Part shown: in pieces, positions 45,101 to 57,718 of the stretch
How positions within the stretch are numbered: position 1 is the stretch's first letter
How the letters are laid out: every line of letters starts with the position of its first letter
Source: Selaginella moellendorffii
Lineage: Eukaryota; Plantae; Lycopodiophyta
Assembly: GCF_000143415.4 (NCBI RefSeq)
Contig: NW_003314297.1
Span: forward strand, 496,001-560,000
Length of the DNA stretch: 64,000 bases
Reading direction: 5' to 3'
Notes under the pieces: generated by a model
Told to the model about the DNA's origin: nothing
The model's database searches: none
What the model saw: only the letters and a program-made list of their open reading frames with translations
Position numbers and translations under genes: made by a program

Positions 45101-46940
45101 ATGAAGCATTCACCTGAGGTGGCTATTCCTTTGATGCAGTTGTTACGCAAGAATGTGCCATTCGAGTGGAAACAGCCACAAGAGGAGAGTTTTGTGGCGC
45201 TAAAACCATTGTTGAGTGAGACTTCAGTGCTTCGCATTGCTGATCCATCGAAACCTTATGAGGTGACATGCGATATGAATGGTTATGCACTGGGAGGAGT
45301 TCTCATGCAAGAGGGACAACCTATTGTATATGAGAGTCAAACTTTGAATTTTGCGGAGCAACGCTATTCCACATATGAACAAGAGTTACTCTCTATTGTT
45401 CATGCTTTAGGGATGTGGCAGCACTATCTTTATGGTGCAATGTTCGTGGTGTTGACAGATCACAAACCACTTGTGTATCTTTTCACACAGAAGGAGTTGA
45501 ACACTAGGCAAGTTCGTTGAACATGGAGTTTGAGGAGTTTTCTATTGAGCATCATCTGGGAAAATCAAATGTGGTGGCAGATACTTTATCTCGTGTTCGT
45601 CATATGACGATGTTACAAACACAATTTTATAATCATTTGAGTAAGGTGGTCAACGAGTTTGGGCAGTTGGTTGAACATGCTTAGGCTCAAGATGTTGAGG
45701 TGGCCTCTTTGCAAGACTAGATGGAAGCCCCTTTCTTATTGGTGGATGGGATTCTTTACTACAATGGTCTTGTATATTTGCCATGGGTGGATGCGTTAAT
45801 TACTCAAGTTTTATTCCACTATCATGATCGTCCAGAGGCCGGTCATTTTGGGGGGAAAAAGACGTATGAGTTGATTAAGTGCAACTTTTATTGGAGGAAT
45901 ATGAAGGCTGATATCCTCAAGTCATGTGAGCTTTGTCAGCGGGTTAAGATGCCACAGGAGAAGCCAGGGGGATTTTTGCAACCTTTACCTATTCTTCAGA
46001 GCCATTGGTGTAATATCTCTATGGACTTCATCACTTATTTGCCATGAACACAGAGGCAAAAGGAGCAAGTATGGGTCATAGTGGATAGGTTGACGAAGTA
46101 TGTGCAATTTTTGGTTCTTCGGAAAATTGTCATTGCCTCAAACTTGGTTGTGGTTTACTTGGAGAAGGTTTTTTCTGATTTTGGTTTGCCAGAGGACATC
46201 ATTAGTGATCGAGATTTAAAGTTCACCAGTGGATTTTGGAAAAGCTTTGCAAAGGCTATGCAAGTGACTTTGAAACTCTCGAGTGGAGATCATCCTCAAA
46301 CGGATAGGCAAACCGAGTGTGTGGATTAGGTGGTGGAGGATATGCTACATTGTAGCATTGGTCAAAGGCAAGGACAATGGGATCTATATCTTTCGTTAAT
46401 GCAATTTACTTATAACAATAACCAACATAGTGGAATTAAGCTAAGTCCTTACTTTGCCATGTTTGGAAGGCATCCTTGAACAGCGGTGGAGTTGGGATTG
46501 CATTTGAGTAAGGACATTCAAGATAAGCTTGATTCCGAGGCAACTGATCTAGCCACAAAACTTGATGAGATTCTGGTGGTGTGCAAACAGAATTTGCAAG
46601 CAGTTTAGGATAGAATGGAGAAGTTTGCCAATGAGCATCGCCAATTCCGGGAATATAAAGTGGGTGATCTCGTCTTTGTGCAAGTGATCTTTCCGTCAAG
46701 TGAGCGGTGGAACACCTTGGTGCCTTTACGGACAAGGAAGAGTGATAAAATTTCCTATTGATATGTTGGTTCATATGAAGTGCTGGAGAGCATTGGTAAA
46801 GTGGTTTATCGGGTGTGGCTGCCAGCTAGGGTGAAAATTCATCTGATATTTTATATCAGCCAGTTGAAAGGTGTACTATTTTGAAGTGACGGGCCCAATG
46901 CCTCTTTAATGTATACGTTTGTGGAAGATGGACCAGGAGC
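45101..46940 (+). pseudogene. Family A pol resumed: connection, RNase H, integrase (degenerate)
   Basis: VAIPLMQLLRKNVPFEW continues the RT broken at 29432; YHDRPEAGHFG, ISMDFIT, IISDRDLKF, HPQTDRQTE. Confidence 0.88.
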
Positions 46941-48498
46941 TTGAGTAGGGTTCCCCAGAAAGGGTGATCATTAGTACAACTCATCTGTCGTGAATGTGAC
47001 TTCGGGTATCGAAAGTTACCTGTCGACTAGTCCTTACAGACACTCTTACCTTACTGCCACGATGGCAGGAGGTCGGTATTGCTGGTTCCCTTTATTAGCC
47101 CCTTTTGTTCAAGTGTTAGTAAACTAGACTTTGCATCTGTACTTGGCCGGATGAGCATAAGGAAGGAATTCCTAAGTGTCTATTTAGCTAAGCATACTTG
47201 GCCTGGCTTGTTAGTTCTCTTTTGCTCTGTCTTGCACTGGCTTGACAAGAACCCTCGTGTATTGAGATTGGTCCCTCAATATTGTTACATGATAGCTTAT
47301 TGTGTCTGCCAAACACCCTCACTATCATGCCCTTTGTGTTAGTCTCATTTCGGTCCCAAATGCTATTTATGGAAAGTGTCTAGATTCGCTCATTTGGCAT
47401 ATCTACGAAATGTAGAGATTGTCTTGAACACAACGGTGTTCATCCCATGTCCAAATTCGCAATCTAGAGACATTCCATATTTAGTAAGTTTCGAGCTTGT
47501 CCCAGAGACTAACTCCTGATACTAGAGGAGGCTTGGGGTGAAAGCCCAAAGCGTGTGTTCTTTAAGGGGGGGGGGGGCTGTGGGGGGTTCCAAATGTATA
47601 GTAGGGATAGTGGGTAGGTCGGGCATGGCCAACCAATTTGAGGCATAGTTTAGCTCTTGCTTGCGTGTTTATCCTTGTTCTGTGTTCAGTTTGGGTTTAA
47701 GCCCAAGTTCCATTCCATGCTAGTTGGTGGAGTACCCATATCCTCACGTTAGGCCACCGGTATGCTGAAATAGCGCCAGACTCCGTTTGGCTCCGTTTTG
47801 GGTGTTGGTCCTAGCATTGGGATGCTGGTTGCTCCAGGACTGTTCCAAGTCGCTCCAGGCTCCTGTTCCTTCTCTCCTTGGGCTATATGCTCGGGAGTTG
47901 CTCCGTGGTTTGGTACCACCACTCTTTGGCTTCACGCTTGGGAGTTTGGCACCATTCCTTCGTTCAGTGGCCCAAGGCCCTGAACCTCGGGTTCCTATGG
48001 ACACGTGGCATGTGACACGTGGCATCTGTCACGTGGCATAAAAAGGGTTTAGGTTCCGCTTCGTGGTGTTATCCTATGGTAAATCACCATAGGATAAAGG
48101 GTCAAAACCACGTGCGCTACATTCGTCCTTGGGACAAGGACTTTGTTGGTGGGGAAGAATTGTTAGGCGTTAACTTTGACCACGTGGTCAACATCGGTCA
48201 AAGGGAGGCTTAAGGATATATTAAGGCATGTTAGGGTGAGGGACTTAACCTACCCTAGGGCTCATAGTGGAGCGGCAGCACAGTAGAGCTTTTAAGGTAA
48301 CTTGGGGGTGGTTGGGTGGTGAGGAACTTCAAAAGGTGGTATATTATAGTTTAGGGCGACTAAATCTCTGTCTTTCTGTGCCAGATTATAACAATCACAG
48401 CCAGGATCCAAACGAGGTAGAGGTCCAGGAAAGAGACCTTTGAGTAGGATCGCTTCTTCTTTCTCCATGAGAAAAAAGAAAATGAAGAAAATTAAGGC

Positions 48499-48555
48499 TG
48501 TGGATGGCAGGATTCAAACACGGGGGAAGCCCACATGATTTCTAGTCATACTGAT
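48499..48555 (-). pseudogene. tRNA-Ser(AGA) 3' relic
   Basis: Minus strand ATGACTAGAAATCATGTGGGCTT...TTTGAATCCTGCCATCCAC. Confidence 0.8.
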
Positions 48556-48649
48556 CTTGTTATCACTAAATATTTACACATTCTATAAAGTATATTATTT
48601 TCTATTCAATAAGACAATTCTAGCTTAAGCAGCCGACATGTTTAGAATA

Positions 48650-49030
48650 ATCTAATGTCCACCAAGCTCTGCTTGGATATATTGTCAAGTAGTTTACCAG
48701 TTTACAATTATTTTAAGTTACAATATAAGTTAAAAGTAAACAGTTTGGTTTGTCATAACAATACTTTTTGGGGGACTATAATACATTTTGTTTAAAAGTA
48801 TATAATATTAAATTTCCATCATTTTGAAGATCTAAAAAACATTCTCCAAAATATTCATTATTTAGAAATTCCTTTAAATTACTTTTTCCAGAAAACAATG
48901 CAAGTTTACAATTCATTTTGATATAAAGTATATTTATACTATTTAAGGATTGTAAAAATTTACCTTTATACAAAATAGATAGCAGTTTTGGGGGAGGTAC
49001 ATCTCCCAAGAGGGGAGGTATACTTGGGTG
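48650..49030 (-). pseudogene. Bulb-type (GNA) mannose-binding lectin pseudogene
   Basis: LYKGKFLQSLN...MNCKLALF...ECFLDLQNDGNLILY (QxDxNxxxY motif); stop at the expected Trp; AT-drifted. Confidence 0.55.
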
Positions 49031-49915
49031 GCCTTGTAAAAAATTATGGAAGCATGTAAAATATATGAAAAAAGCATAAATCATTATAACATATATGTAT
49101 GAGTCACAAATAATATCTTGAACATAATATTTTTTATGTATGAGCATGCATTGGATTAGTCAAACACCATATATACAATCTTTTGCACTGCATAAATTTC
49201 AACTCCATATTGACACATTAGCAAATTTTAGACTTAAAGCTTCTAGTGTGATGTTTTCTAACACTGGAGTTAGGTTTTAATTGTTTTTGGATGCCATAAG
49301 CTAATTTTACTATCGTTAGGGCTATCTCCTTGGTAAGGGTAATGAAAAGTGTTTTGCACAAGAAGCCCAAATGCAACAAACCATTTTGATGTTAAAAACT
49401 TTAGTGCATATTAAAAATGCAAAAAATTGATGAAGCTAATGCTTTACTGCACTTACAGTAAAATTCACTTGCTCGCAAAAAGACCACTTCACTCAACACT
49501 CCAAGCACTCAAAAAAATTAATCAAACAAACTTGCAGCCACATTTCAATCAATTGAGCTTGTTGTTGTGCTCCAATTGATTGTGATTAGGGCACCACACT
49601 CTAAATAAACCATGAAAAATTGATCATATGATGTTCTAGAGTTTGAAACAAAACTTTATCAAAACAAGACATAGTTAAGGTTGACAGTTACCTACTTTTA
49701 ACTCTCCAATCCATATAACTATACAAAACTTCTAAGGGTTGATTCATTATTATAAATGCATATCATGAAGTGGATTAGTTTATGTGAACTATCATGAAGA
49801 GGATAAAGATCTCATTTAACTAGAAGCTATAAATTAGCATATGTCATAATTAAGAAATTTAATTATTTTAATTTTTTATAAATATAAATAATAAATAATA
49901 TTTAAAAATTCATTT

Positions 49916-52900
49916 TGTAAAGTCCAAGTGTACAGCTATGATACTATATACTAATATTAGTGTAGTGGGATTTTGGTAGCCATCGGATTGGTTTTAATAT
50001 GGACCACTCGCTCCTGTATATAAACTAGGGTTTTTAGGCTAATTAATATGCATATTTTTTTCTATGCACTTACATTGGTGGAGGTGAAGGGCACTTTTGA
50101 TTGTTTCTGAGGAGTTTTTGGATTTGAGATTTTGGTTTAGATTTAACTTTTGCATCATCTAGATTTAGTTTTTTCCATTTCCTTTTCTTTTTGTTTTTTT
50201 TCTTTTGGGATTTTGGTTTAGATCTAGCTTTTGCATTGTCTAGATCTCTCTTTCCTTTTAGTTTTTTTCATTTCTCTTCTTTTGCTATTTCCTTTTCATC
50301 TTCATGGCAAAGTAGTAGTTTCCTTCTCCTTTGACTCTGGGGTAGTACTTGGTGCAATTGCTTGATGTTATGCAATTATAATTGAACAACCAAATTCAAT
50401 TGATGATAGTATCCATGGCATGTGGTATAACTCCTCCTACTCTTGGTGCCAAGCTTTATGTTTAGCCGGAGTTATTTTGTGGGAATCTTAGGGATGATAT
50501 GTACTATTGGTTCAATCATTTCACAGTGATTGCCACATATCATTTTTGGGATGATGTTTGACGTTTGCGTGAGTTTCCCATATGTCTCTAAAGGATGGCG
50601 CTACAATGGTACAATGGTTTGAGCACAACCACTTATGGGGATTGGAGTATTCTCCCAAACATCTTCAAATGCGCATTTGAACATGCTGACAATTGTGATA
50701 ATGCCTTTTAATAATTGCATTATCTTCGTCAAGGGCCATCTAAGTTGTGATGTAATTTGGTATTTATTTCCAAAGCCTCTTGCCTCATGTGGAGCCAAAT
50801 AAGTCAAAGCGGATCAAGCTAAAAATGTTGTGGCCAACACTTCGTTAAAATATTGTAGGACTTGTGTATGCACGTGCTCTAGCAACCATTGACAATGCTA
50901 TTTGCTTTGCATAATATTTTGAGATATCGCCTCTTCCATTTTTTGCTACATATTCTTCAGCTCCACTTTCTATGGGCGATGGTCTTGTTCCAATAGAGGT
51001 TGATGCTATTGTTGCTTGAGTTCAATGACAAAGGCAAAGACATGGTTGTGGCTGTGATGTTCACTATTGAGTGTGTGATGAAGTTAGTCATATTTATTAG
51101 CATTATCAACATTTTTCGGATTGGCAGCTTCTATTTCCTGGGTGGAGACCTTGGCATCAACAACATCTTATTAGTGCCACTGCAATGGAAGGTCTAAACA
51201 CTAAGATGCATCTGAAATGCATTTGAGAAATGAAGAGTTGCACAAGTAACAAAAGGACATTACATGAATAAGTTAGTGACCCCTCCATCTTTCTTTCGAG
51301 AGTATCATCAAGGGGTTCACTTGGCACTAATTCATTTAGTATTTACTTTTCAAGCTCATTTTTATAGCAAAAGGTCTCTTATTATTCTCTCTATGTTTGT
51401 TGATACAGGTTTAAGTTTATCCTCTATTGCTCGACTTATTGCCACACGTTGCCATCTACACTTGTATCGTGTGGCGGAACTAATTTTCATTCTTTATGGC
51501 AATGACCTTACACATGCATATGCACAGGATGAAGTAGACTTAATTGTGCGATCTCGAACTTAGGTTGTAGTCATTATGGGTGGTGCTGAGTCAAACTTTT
51601 AACCTCATCCTTGGTATAGATTGGTTACAGTGCAATTATGCTAAATGTGACTTTAAGGCATCTCTCCCTTATTTCATACTTCCTTTTATTTCTTTCATTC
51701 CTTTCATTTCTATACTTTTTCATCCCTTTGCTTTTACCTCTACTTCCATTACTTTTGTCTTTCCACTACTTCCTCATATATTTCCATCTTGTTTTGCTCT
51801 TCTCTTTTCCAATCCTTTTAACAGTCTTTGTGTTGTACTAGTTGACCAACTCATGAAGGAATATGCCAATCTCTTTGAATTTGACCTATTGTCTAGGGCC
51901 AAGATTGCTACACATCATCTAATTCCAATCGGGGATGTTTGTCCAATCAAGATTCTTGTTCATTGTCGGTCACCCAAAGTGATCAAGATTTTATGTGCAA
52001 ACATCAAAAAGATGTTGAAAAAGGGTGTTATTTGAAAATTGCGAAATCCTTGGGCATGTGAACCTCATCTTGTGATAAAGCCTGATGGGAGTTCATTTTT
52101 ACATCAACTATTGTCCATTAAATGAAGTGACAATCCTAAATGTGTACCCTCTTCCTTACACTGTTAATCTCTTAGATCGTCTAGAGAGAAGTCATTAGTT
52201 CACCAAATTAAATCTTACTTTTAGGTACTAATAAGTACCGATAACCGAAGAAGACATTCCTAAGACTACTTTTCGTACACTATTTGGTTTGTACGAGTTC
52301 TTGATGATGCTGTTTGGTTTGAACAATGCTCTAGCAACTTTTCAATGGATGATGAATGAAGTTCTTTGTGATATGCCAAAGATGACTACTAACTTCATTG
52401 ATGATGTTTTGATCCACTCAAAAGGGATGTGGGAGGAACATGTCCGTGATATTTGTAAAATATTGGATCGGTTACAGGACGTTGGTTTAAAGTTGAAGTG
52501 GTCAAAGTGCATGTTTGGGTCCAAGAACACGACTTATGTTGGGTATTATATTTCTTGTGAGGGTTTGCAAATTGATTTTGACAAACTTATGATTATTCGA
52601 AAGTTCCCTACCCCGAAGTGTGTGAATGATGTGTAGTTATTCCTAAGCAAGATGCAGTATTTTGGTTATTTTGTGGATCATTGTTTTGATCGTACTGCAC
52701 CATTGCAAGCGTTGCTAAAGTCATTGACATCACCTTTCATTTGGTCTTGGATTGTGAGTAAGCATTCATGGATCTCAAAGAGCTATTGACGACTCTTCCT
52801 GTTTTGGCATATCTTGACTATACTCGACCTTTCATTTTGCGCATGGATGCTTCTGATATTGGTCTTGGAGGTATGTTGATGCAAAAGAGCCTGAATGTGT

Positions 52901-53845
52901 TTGATCAGTGCCATCCCATTGCATATATAAGCTGTATATTACAACTAGCAAAAGTGAACAACTCCACAATAAAGGAGTGTTTAGCAGCAATCTAGGGTTT
53001 CAAGAAACTTCATGCATATCTACATTGTTTTTGGACATTACTAAAAGGTGATCATATTACTGTTACTTCATTATTGAAGAAAAAAACCTAATTGGTCTTA
53101 TTGCTCGGTGGGCCGTGAAACTTCAAATATATGATTTTGATATTGTTCATCACCTGGGGAGTTCTATAGCTGATGCTAATGGCCTTTCTCGAGTTCCTCT
53201 TCCTTCTTCACTCTCTTCTCATATTTCTGACGAGCCTGTTGTGTCAGCATCTGTGAATTTTCTAAATGAGGATTCTGTGCCATTGGTAATTGCTATACTT
53301 GACATTCAATGTCCATAAGGTGCAGAGCAAGATCTACCTTCTCTTGATGAGGTTCATGAGGCTAAAAATATTAAGTTATGGATTCGAAGGCTTCAAGATA
53401 AGTTTAAGAATTTTGCATCACTTGTTGATGACTTGCCATTCCGGCAATTACATTCTCAATATCACATTGAAAAAAGCCTTCTTTATTTTATGGGGATGGA
53501 TTCTGATGATCATTTATAGCTGGTGGTGCCTTCAATATTTATTCCATAGTAATATATCTTAATCTATAATCTATCAATATCTATCGGTATTTATCAACGT
53601 TCCTCTACATCCTGGCCCATCTACGAGAGAACCCTAATGGTCTTCCATTATTCAAAGAGGAGGGGATGATGTGAGGTTCAAATGTATAAGTACGATGCCA
53701 TATACTAATATTAGTGTAGTGAAATTTTGGTAGCTGTTAGATTGGTTTCAATCTAGACCACTCGCTCCTATATATAAACTAGGGTTTTTGGGCTAATTGA
53801 TATGCATATTTTCTATATTCCCTTTCCATATTCCATACACTCACA
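49916..53845 (+). mobile_element. Decayed family D Ty3/gypsy element (gag-PR-RT-RNase H, integrase deleted)
   Basis: LTRs 49916-50074 and 53670-53845, PBS TGGTGGAGGTG, PPT GAGGAGGGGATGA, FIDDVLIHS, MDASDIGLGG. TSD not evident. Confidence 0.85.
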
Positions 53846-54286
53846 TTTAAATTTTATTTATGCATTATAGAATTTTATTTGATAAAATAAATATATATTA
53901 GTGATTTACTTACTGAGAAAAATATAAATACAATTTTATATCATATTAATATACTTGCATAAAAATTACATAAATCTAATTTTTATCCATAAAATTATAT
54001 TAATATCAATTTAATAGATATTGACAGCATAAATCTTGTTATTATAATTCAATATTTTGCTGCAAGTACTCCATATTATTCTATAGAAATTTCAAGAAAA
54101 CTAGTTTTAGATGGTTCTCTCCAAAATTCAATGAAATAATTAGTAAGGTAATAAATGATTTATTGTAAGGACTTTCTAGTGAATGTAGAATTGTGTCTAA
54201 TAATTATTATTGGAAACTCTTAATAATTTTAGAAAATATAAATATTTTGAAAAATATGATATCACTATAACTACTTTAAGTGCCGG

Positions 54287-55949
54287 TATAAACAACTAAA
54301 TTTTCCATTCTACTTTAGTCTCTTAGCCACATCTTTAACCACTTAAAAGAGTCTTATTCACCATTTTCTTAAATCCTAGACTCACTGGCACCTTAAATGG
54401 ATTTTATGCCACTCAACCTTGGCTCTTGGTCCAAGTGCTCCACATGTCTAATCCTATGATACACACTTAAAGGTATTACTGACATATCAACATATTACAT
54501 TAAAGCTATGTTTATTCACTTTTATCTCATTGATAATCCAACACCATTAATACCATAGTCCTATATCCTAAATATTAATCCATCCGTTTATAAGTGGTCA
54601 TCCCATCACCACGCCTTAGCATCTTTAAAATGCTTAAAGACATGGGGAACATTATTCCCCCATATCCTTTCTTTGGTCCCCACGAAGTTCCTTTCCGTCC
54701 ATGATTGTGCTCACCAACACCACCACTAAGTTAAGGCTTGAAGACTTGACCACTAAGTCCTATTGACATTTGGGACTTCCTTGCCACATGACTGTATCCT
54801 TAGTCATTACACAAAAGGATTGTTTTTCTTCCTTTTCATAGTCCAAGACTTTAAAGTGACATTTTAAAACATTGTTGCCCAACATGAGCCTCGTAGGTAC
54901 TCTCCCCATTGTTTGCCTTTAAGTGCCCTAGCCATGTGGCTAGAGTGAGGTTCTGATGAGCCACACTAAATATCCAAGTAAGTAATGCCACCCACACTTG
55001 GATTGGGAATATCAACCATTTGAGCTCTCAGGGGAGCTAGAGCTAGCTCTTGAATACTTCATTAAGTACCCCATTTGTCCATCCATAGTCATTCTAGCCC
55101 TTGATTCCTCAGTGGTTATATTATCACCTATCACATAACTATAGCCTTTCTAGGCCACATTGGCCTTTTCTGGCCAAAATGATTCCATTTAGAGTCCAGC
55201 CCCCACTCTCTCTACTATACTTTTGAACTTTTGGACCCCCCCCCCCCTAGGGGGATGATCACTATCACTTTGGGCTTTCATCTCTGGACCTGTATTAATA
55301 TTCAAACTCAGACTCGAACTTGGTCTTGATCTTGGTCCCCATCTCGGACTTGACCTTGGTCTTAGTCTTGGCCTTGATCTTGGACCTGGTCTCAGTCTCC
55401 ATCTCAATATCGATCTCAGTCTTGAACCCAATCTCGGTCTTGGTCTCAAATCTAGTCTCAATCTCCATCTTGGACTTGACCTAAGTCTCGGTCTTGGCCT
55501 CAATCTTGGACTCAGTCTCAACCCCGATCTTGAACCCAGTCTTAGTCTTTGTCTAGGTCTCAATCTTAGTTTCCATCTTGGACTCGACCTTGATCTCAGT
55601 CTCGGCCTTGATCTCGGACCCAGTCTCAATCTCCATCTTAGACTCGATCTTGAACTCCATTTCAAACTCCCCCTTAGACTCCATCTTGTCCACCTTGGAC
55701 TTGGTTCGGACACTTCTATATATCATGACACTTGTCATGTGTCAGTCATTTTTGTGTCCCTTTCTAAAAACTCATTCATCGACCACTTTATACTCATTCT
55801 TTAAGCATTTTATTTGGAGTTCCACTCCTACTTTTGACTTTCCAAATTAGAGTATTTGGTCTAGATGTGTTTGTAAGACTTTCATTTTGCCCACTACAAT
55901 ATGGCATACTTTTGGCTCTACTTTGGGGTTTAGGGATTTGTTTTTTATA
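54287..55949. mobile_element. Solo LTR, family E (~1.66 kb)
   Basis: Collinear with 59665-61392. Termini decayed to TA...TA. Flanks GCCGG / GCTAG fit one TSD after CpG decay. Confidence 0.8.
55305..55700. repeat. Degenerate 6/12-bp tandem array inside LTR E
   Basis: GTCTCG/GACTCG/CCATCT-like units, homologous to 60660-61160. Confidence 0.8.
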
Positions 55950-56036
55950 GCTAGTTTCTTTGGTAATGAATATATGATTCTGTTTGGGAGTATTATATAT
56001 TTACACATGTGGAGAATTTGGACAGACCTCACGCTC

Positions 56037-56640
56037 CAGAGCATAAACAGAGAAAATCTCGCTCTCCAATCCAAGTTCACACTCCCGACTTCCAAAGAAT
56101 GCGAGATGTGAGGCCACAGGTACAACCACACGCTCGTATAGTGTGCTACGAGATAGCATCGATCATCTGCGACACGAGTGCCCATACTGGTAAAAGCCTC
56201 ACAATGTCGAAGTTCAAGAGCGAAGAGAAGAATAAGAGGGTAGCTTTAAAACATGAAATTCCGACTTACCACAAATCTTTACCAGATTTTATAAAGGCTG
56301 CTAAGTCTTCTATAAACAGCTCGGCAACTTGGGATTAGTCTAGTCAAACCGTGGAAACTTCAATCCTACACGTATCCTCCTGCAAGTTTTTGCAAAAACA
56401 CGAGATTAGCGCCTACACTGTATACTTTGTATACTAGCCTTCCATGCCAATCTCAACGTCCTGGATGTTGTGTAATTGCTTCCCACGATTCCGGATGCTG
56501 ATCTCTTGGAACTTTCACTGCTACCTACATTGTTGTGTTTGGATTCCTGAGTCTCGACTCCACCTTCCCTGTGTTGATACATATCTGCTGTGATAAACAT
56601 CCGGAAGACTTCTACCACATCTTGCCTGGAGTGCTGCACT
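56037..56640 (-). pseudogene. Truncated inverted duplicate of the lipase 5' region
   Basis: 56037-56272 is the reverse complement of ~20878-21129, including the intron (GTAAGTCGGAATTTCATGTTTTAAAG) and the exon VADD..YLV.HYTSVW.YLWPHISHSLEVGSVNLDWRAR. Confidence 0.88.
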
Positions 56641-57718
56641 TTCTCTCTGCTGCAAAGTTGCTTGAGTACCTTGCATGAATTAAAGCACCTTTTTGAAAAT
56701 CAATAAAGTAATATATTTCTTTAAATCAAAAGTTTTTTTTGTTTGTTCATTTTGGGTCAATTTTGGCAGCCTAACTTTGGCACTTTGGTGCATGGGTTCA
56801 ATCCATAATCATTGGGGATAGATCACAATTACCTATTTTTCCAAAAAAAAAAGAATCCACGATGGCAACGAGCGCAATGTCTATGATCTGGCAGCCCCAA
56901 GTCCAGAAAGGTGTGTTCACGAAAATAATTTCATTTATCAGTTTATAATATAGAGTTAATTTTTGCTTAGGGGAGTTAGGCTTCTAACTCTCTCTATCCA
57001 TCCCTAGGGCAAAAGGTTATATCATTTTTTTGTAAGTCAAATGGTATTCGAAGTGGATGGTTAATTCTGTTAGAAATTTTTTCTAATTAGTGACAACAAA
57101 AAAGTGTTTAAGTGTTAGTGTCTTTTGATGTAAATGAGAGGTATCTCCCCCACTCATTTAAATAAGTGTATTTCTCATAAAGAGTTTTCAATTTTTTTTG
57201 AAATTGTTTCCTTGATGAATATGATAGTTATGTATTCTTTTTGAGTCTCAGAGAAATAAGAATATCATTAAAATAATTAAAAATAAAAATATTTAAAAAA
57301 TCTTAAGAAAATATCAGCTATATGCTGAAATATAACAAAGGTATTGATCAAATAAAAGGCATCATTATATAATCAAAGTGGCTATAAAAGTTAATTTTTC
57401 CATTCATCACCTCTTAAATATAAATGATATTATAAACACCAATCTTGGTGAAGAAATAAGCCTTGGAGAGTTGTTCTAACATTTTAGATATCATTACAAA
57501 AGGATAAATAGAATTAGGAATAGTGATTTTGTTTAGGTCTTGATAGTCAACTATCAAACAAAAAAACCCATCATTCTTGGATATAAAGAAAACAAATGCA
57601 TTAACTAAAGTTTGATAATGTCAAATAAAACATTTAAAGATATGCTGAATTCACCATTAATATCTATTAAATTGGAATCAATATAATATATAGATTATAG
57701 AAATTCTTTAAATTATAT

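Larger units (their letters stand above)
27017..48393 (+). mobile_element. Ty3/gypsy LTR retrotransposon, family A, expanded to 21.4 kb by nested insertions
   Basis: 5' LTR 27017-27250, 3' LTR 48161-48393, exact TSD ATCAC (27012-27016 / 48394-48398), PBS TGGTATCAGAG, PPT GGTGGGGAAGAAT. Confidence 0.92.

Noticed and set aside
47579-48121. Possible further LTR (TG...CA after a G-run)
   Set aside because: No second copy or TSD in the window.
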